Shown here piece after piece: positions 59,514 to 64,000 of a stretch of DNA of 64,000 nt. Origin of the DNA: Tubiluchus corallicola. Its lineage: Eukaryota > Animalia > Priapulida. The stretch covers positions 1-64,000 of the forward strand of contig JAQGDQ010000792.1 in NCBI GenBank assembly GCA_030141605.1, written 5' to 3'. A program made the translations under genes and the position numbers. Each line of letters starts with the position of its first letter. Within the stretch, counting starts at the first letter, position 1. Under the pieces are notes generated by a model, which saw only the letters and a list, made by a program, of their open reading frames with translations, did no database searches and had not been told where the DNA came from.

Positions 59514-61474
59514 CATTACTATTATTATCATCATCATCATCATTATTGTTGTTGTCATTATGATGATCATTTTCATTATCATTATCATTACTATTATCAT
59601 TACCATTATCATTATCACTAGTACTAGTAGTACTATTACTACTCCTTACTTGAGCATAATATATACAGTTCTATACAATTATATATTAGCCCTCTATTAG
59701 CAATGCTATAACAGTTAAAAGTGTTTAACAATTTACAGTATCTATGCTAGCAATCTATTGGGGGGGGGGTCATTATCTGCTTAACTGCCAAAGATGTCAA
59801 TTATCTAAAATTAATTAATCCTGTTATGTTAACGACCAAATAAATTGACCATCAAAATATTAGCAAAATTCTCGTTTAATGCGATTTATCAATTTACATT
59901 GAAACAACAGGTGATGAGGAGTCTGCCTCCCCTCTAATTACTTTTTAATTGATTAACGTAGGAAGCCATTAAAAATGACTTAACCTGCTATAAAGGTGAA
60001 GGCCAAACCTAAAGTTTTCTGTTTCCTCTCTGTACTGGACTATTCAAATGAGCCGTACTTCATGAGTTTGGGCAAACTGCAGATGCTGTTGCGAAGGTGA
60101 ATTCAATTCATTTAAATTCAATTCATTTTATTAACTCGGAAAGAATTATCTAATTACAGTACAAAACGATACATAGGCCATATGGAGGCCGATACACTCA
60201 TGATTTGGAAGGTTTACTCTTCTATACATGGCCGTTAGGTCACTTGACCTCCTGCTTGACCTTGACTCTTAATTACACGCCAATATACACACTAGTATAG
60301 CATATAATTGCTCACAGCGACATCTTTGCCAAAAACTTTAATTATCGCTTAAAGGGCACAAACGTTTTTACACTAGAATTATTAATACAGAACTTTTTAC
60401 TCGATGTAAGTCATTAAAAACTACCACTAAAACTTATAATCCAGAGAAAATATTCATTTGCTGTGCTGTAACTGCTATTATGAAAGGGCGGGCCCAGGCC
60501 CTTTAAGCCCACACCCTAAATCCGCCACTGGTGTGTAAGTACAACATGGCTAAAGTTGCTTTCCTTTTTGGTACTGATTCATTAACAAAATTGTATTATT
60601 TGGACAAAACATGCAAATAAATGGTAAATAAATAAACAGATAATGACCCGGCAAGTACAAACTTTGGCATGTAATAGTAAGACCGATGTAACGATCTGAC
60701 ATCTGCGGGTAGTTTGTTTGATCGAAGTTAGTCGCTGGGTAACAATTTGACTGGCCTGACCGAGCTAAAAGGGCGACCGGCAACGAGACAAAGTCTTAAT
60801 TGTCACCAAACTTTGTGGAAATCGCTACCACCAAAAACATCTGCCCACTCAGTTGTCCAATAGTTTCAGACCTCATGGACGAAGTCACCATACGTTATAA
60901 CTGACTACGTGGACAATACTGTTTGCACGTCATATCAGTCTACGTGCCGTACCTGGAGTAGAGTTGCTGACCTCTTTTTGATACCTGCGAGAGTAGACGT
61001 AGGCATAGGTATACGCTGGCTTCCTACAGCTATCATTACAAGCGATTAAACTGGCCCTCCCGCAGTACTTACTAACCTTGGCTAATGGCCATTATCGTTT
61101 ATAGGCTATAGAAACGATCTTTTTAATGCTAATGTTATTTTACTTCCACATTTGAACAAAAGGTAGAATACATAATGATATGCACAGCATAGAAGGGCCA
61201 AAAATGAGTAGAGTTTGTGTTTGTTTTCTTTCCAAACTCTGCAACTGGGATGACCAACCAACTGACAGACCAACTGAACAAACACCAATTTATGTGGGAA
61301 GCTGCGATGGACGTTACAACCGACTAAACGAGTTTTAGTCGCAAACGTTTAATGGACTAGCCTATTACAGACTAAAAAGTAATCTCTTATTTTAGCATTG
61401 ACATACCAAATAAGGTCTACTTTACACCATTTTCTTTAGGCCTATGACAGTAAGTCTGACCTTTAGTCACTAAC

Positions 61475-61630
61475 CTTAGAATCAGTATAAGGAACAAGAA
61501 AATAATCTCCTTTATCGATGACTGGTGCTGCTGGATCGTCCTTATTTTTCCCACGAATTTTGGGAAGGGAATTATCCTTTTCTTTTGATTTTCTTTTCAG
61601 TATCTGCAAATATCCGCCTGGCAAAAGCAA
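61475..61630 (-). CDS. Probable upstream exon of the Q/N/Y-rich gene
   Basis: tttttcag|TTG...AAG|gttagt, 156 nt, phase 0-0, open (LLLPGGYLQILKRKSKEKDNSLPKIRGKNKDDPAAPVIDKGDYFLVPYTDSK); compatible with the phase-0 acceptor at 58657. Confidence 0.55.
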
Positions 61631-61671
61631 CTGAAAAATAAAATGGTTTAAAAACTTTACATGATGGTTTT

Positions 61672-63023
61672 TATAAAGTGTAAAATATTAATGTCTACCG
61701 TCAAAAAAAGTGAATTTTTGGATTTTTTAATTATAGAGTGTAAAATATTAATGTCTACCGTCAAAAAAGTGAATTTTTGGATTTTTTAATTATAGAGTGT
61801 AAAATATTAATGTCTACCGTCAAAAAAGTGAATTTTTGGATTTTTTAATTATAGAGTGTAAAATATTAATGTCTACTGTCAAAAAAGTGAATTTTTGGAT
61901 TTTTTAATTATAGAGTGTAAAATATTAATGTCTACCGTCAAAAAAGTGAATTTTTGGATTTTTTAATTATAGAGTGTAAAATATTGTCTACCGTCGAAAA
62001 AGTGAATTTTTGGATTTTTTAATTATAGAGTGTAAAATATTAATGTCTACCGTCAAAAAAGTGAATTTTTGGATTTTTTAATTATAGAGTGTAAAATATT
62101 AATGTCTACCGTCAAAAAAGTGAATTTTTGGATTTTTTAATTATAGAGTGTAAAATATTAATGTCTACCGTCAAAAAAGTGAATTTTTGGATTTTTTAAT
62201 TATAGAGTGTAAAATATTAATGTCTACTGTCAAAAAAGTGAATTTTTGGATTTTTTAATTATAGAGTGTAAAATATTAATGTCTACCGTCAAAAAAGTGA
62301 ATTTTTGGATTTTTTAATTATAGAGTGTAAAATATTAATGTCTACCGTCAAAAAAGTGAATTTTTGGATTTTTTAATTATAGAGTGTAAAATATTAATGT
62401 CTACCGTCAAAAAAGTGAATTTTTGGATTTTTTAATTATAGAGTGTAAAATATTAATGTCTACCGTCAAAAAAGTGAATTTTTGGATTTTTTAATTATAG
62501 AGTGTAAAATATTAATGTCTACCGTCAAAAAAGTGAATTTTTGGATTTTTTAATTATAGAGTGTAAAATATTAATGTCTACCGTCGAAAAAGTGAATTTT
62601 TGGATTTTTTAATTATAGAGTGTAAAATATTAATGTCTACCGTCAAAAAAGTGAATTTTTGGATTTTTTAATTATAGAGTGTAAAATATTAATGTCTACC
62701 GTCAAAAAAGTGAATTTTTGGATTTTTTAATTATAGAGTGTAAAATATTAATGTCTACTGTCAAAAAAGTGAATTTTTGGATTTTTTAATTATAGAGTGT
62801 AAAATATTAATGTCTACCGTCAAAAAAGTGAATTTTTGGATTTTTTAATTATAGAGTGTAAAATATTAATGTCTACCGTCGAAAAAGTGAATTTTTGGAT
62901 TTTTTAATTATAGAGTGTAAAATATTAATGTCTACCGTCAAAAAAGTGAATTTTTGGATTTTTTATTTATAGAGTGTAAAATATTAATGTCTACCGTCAA
63001 AAAAGTGAATTTTTGGATTTTTT
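61672..63023. repeat. 59-bp minisatellite, ~23 near-identical copies
   Basis: tagagtgtaaaatattaatgtctaccgtcaaaaaagtgaatttttggattttttaatta. Confidence 0.95.
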
Positions 63024-63089
63024 ACTAAAAATACTCTGATATGAAGCACAGTAATAAGACAAAAACGGCGTGCTGTTACATTTCTCCGT

Positions 63090-63519
63090 CAGTGGCGGCT
63101 CGTGTACAGGTACTGTGGAACTGCAGCACCCCCTATTTTCACTCAATATTATCAATAATATTGAATATAATAAGTCGTTTTTCTTTAGTTATTTCTTTGT
63201 ACCTGTACGGAAGCAGAGCACGGGAGGGTAGTACTGTTTGTTTCACAGCCCAGCACAATGCGCTCCCGCAACGCGGTGTTTGACTGTTGTGCGCATGCGG
63301 CCATGCGCACATGTCTGAGCCCAGGTAGAGAAAGTATTGTCGCTCATGCAGTTTGTCGTCAGTTGTCACGTGCTTACCGTGAATGAATCAAGCTTGAGCT
63401 GTGAGAGTTGAGGCTATTAGTAAGCAACAGATATTTTTTGTTTAGGATTTTATCAAGTTTATGTATAAACTTTCATATGTTTGTTTGTTTCCACTAATCT
63501 TCACTATGAGGCGCCACTG
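63090..63519. mobile_element. hAT-type MITE, 430 bp
   Basis: TIR CAGTGGCG...CGCCACTG; 8-bp TSD TTCTCCGT at 63082-63089 and 63520-63527. Confidence 0.85.
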
Positions 63520-63807
63520 TTCTCCGTGCCTTTTTTGGTATTTTGAAAGTTTTCTGTGTCCTGCGTTATCTGTTTTCACCCACACACATTTGCTTGCCTT
63601 TTTTTGGCAATTTATAAGCATTTTTCAGTCAAGTTATTGAATTTGAAGGAAACGCAAAGACTACTGGGAAGTTGGATGTTAAGAAAAGACAGAAATTTGA
63701 AGAAAAATTTGATACTTTAAAGTGGGAGAAGCGCTGAATGTCAGATGTTCATAAATTACCCTTTCTTTAGTAACCAAAACCGAAAAAGCGTGAGTAGAAA
63801 ATGAAAC

Positions 63808-64000
63808 GTGTTCATGTATAGAACAGTCATGTGTAGAACATTCATATATATAACGTATTCATGTATAGAACATTCATGTATAGAACGTATTCATGTATAG
63901 AACAATCATGTATAGAACATTCATGTATATAACGTATTCATGTATAGAACATTCATATATATAACGTATTCATGTATAGAACAATCATGTATAGAATATT
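63808..64000. repeat. 15-17-bp minisatellite running off the window
   Basis: (attcatgtatagaac / ...aacgt)n. Confidence 0.85.

Noticed and set aside
63377-63413. 36-nt candidate exon with a GTAAGC donor on the minus strand
   Set aside because: Lies inside the hAT MITE 63090-63519 and has a weak acceptor.

Overview
AT-rich, intron-rich animal (invertebrate-type) genomic DNA, dense in microsatellites, minisatellites, MITEs and decayed retroelements. Most long ORFs in the six-frame track are translations of simple repeats. By manual splicing I can build four protein-coding genes. (1) A gustatory-receptor-like 7TM gene on the minus strand (7029 to 156; last exon outside the window). (2) A complete 10-exon, 979-aa ABCG5/8-type half-transporter (19555-40178, +) in which every ATPase motif is degenerate. 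(3) A complete 8-exon, 315-aa secreted chymotrypsin-like serine protease (54678-43703, -). (4) The 3' part of a low-complexity Q/N/Y-rich protein (-). The most striking pattern is a recurrent class of intronic tandem arrays whose monomer is the gene's own exon-intron junction: 16 donors and 9 acceptors flanking one GRL exon, about 29 acceptor copies before ABCG exon 2, and 4 copies of the ABCG exon-4 end that form three in-frame candidate cassette exons differing only at synonymous sites. Also present are a 5S-rRNA-headed SINE inserted into a Penelope-like element, and an 81-bp satellite derived from that element's 3' region. All gene models come from sequence inspection only; no database or expression data were used.
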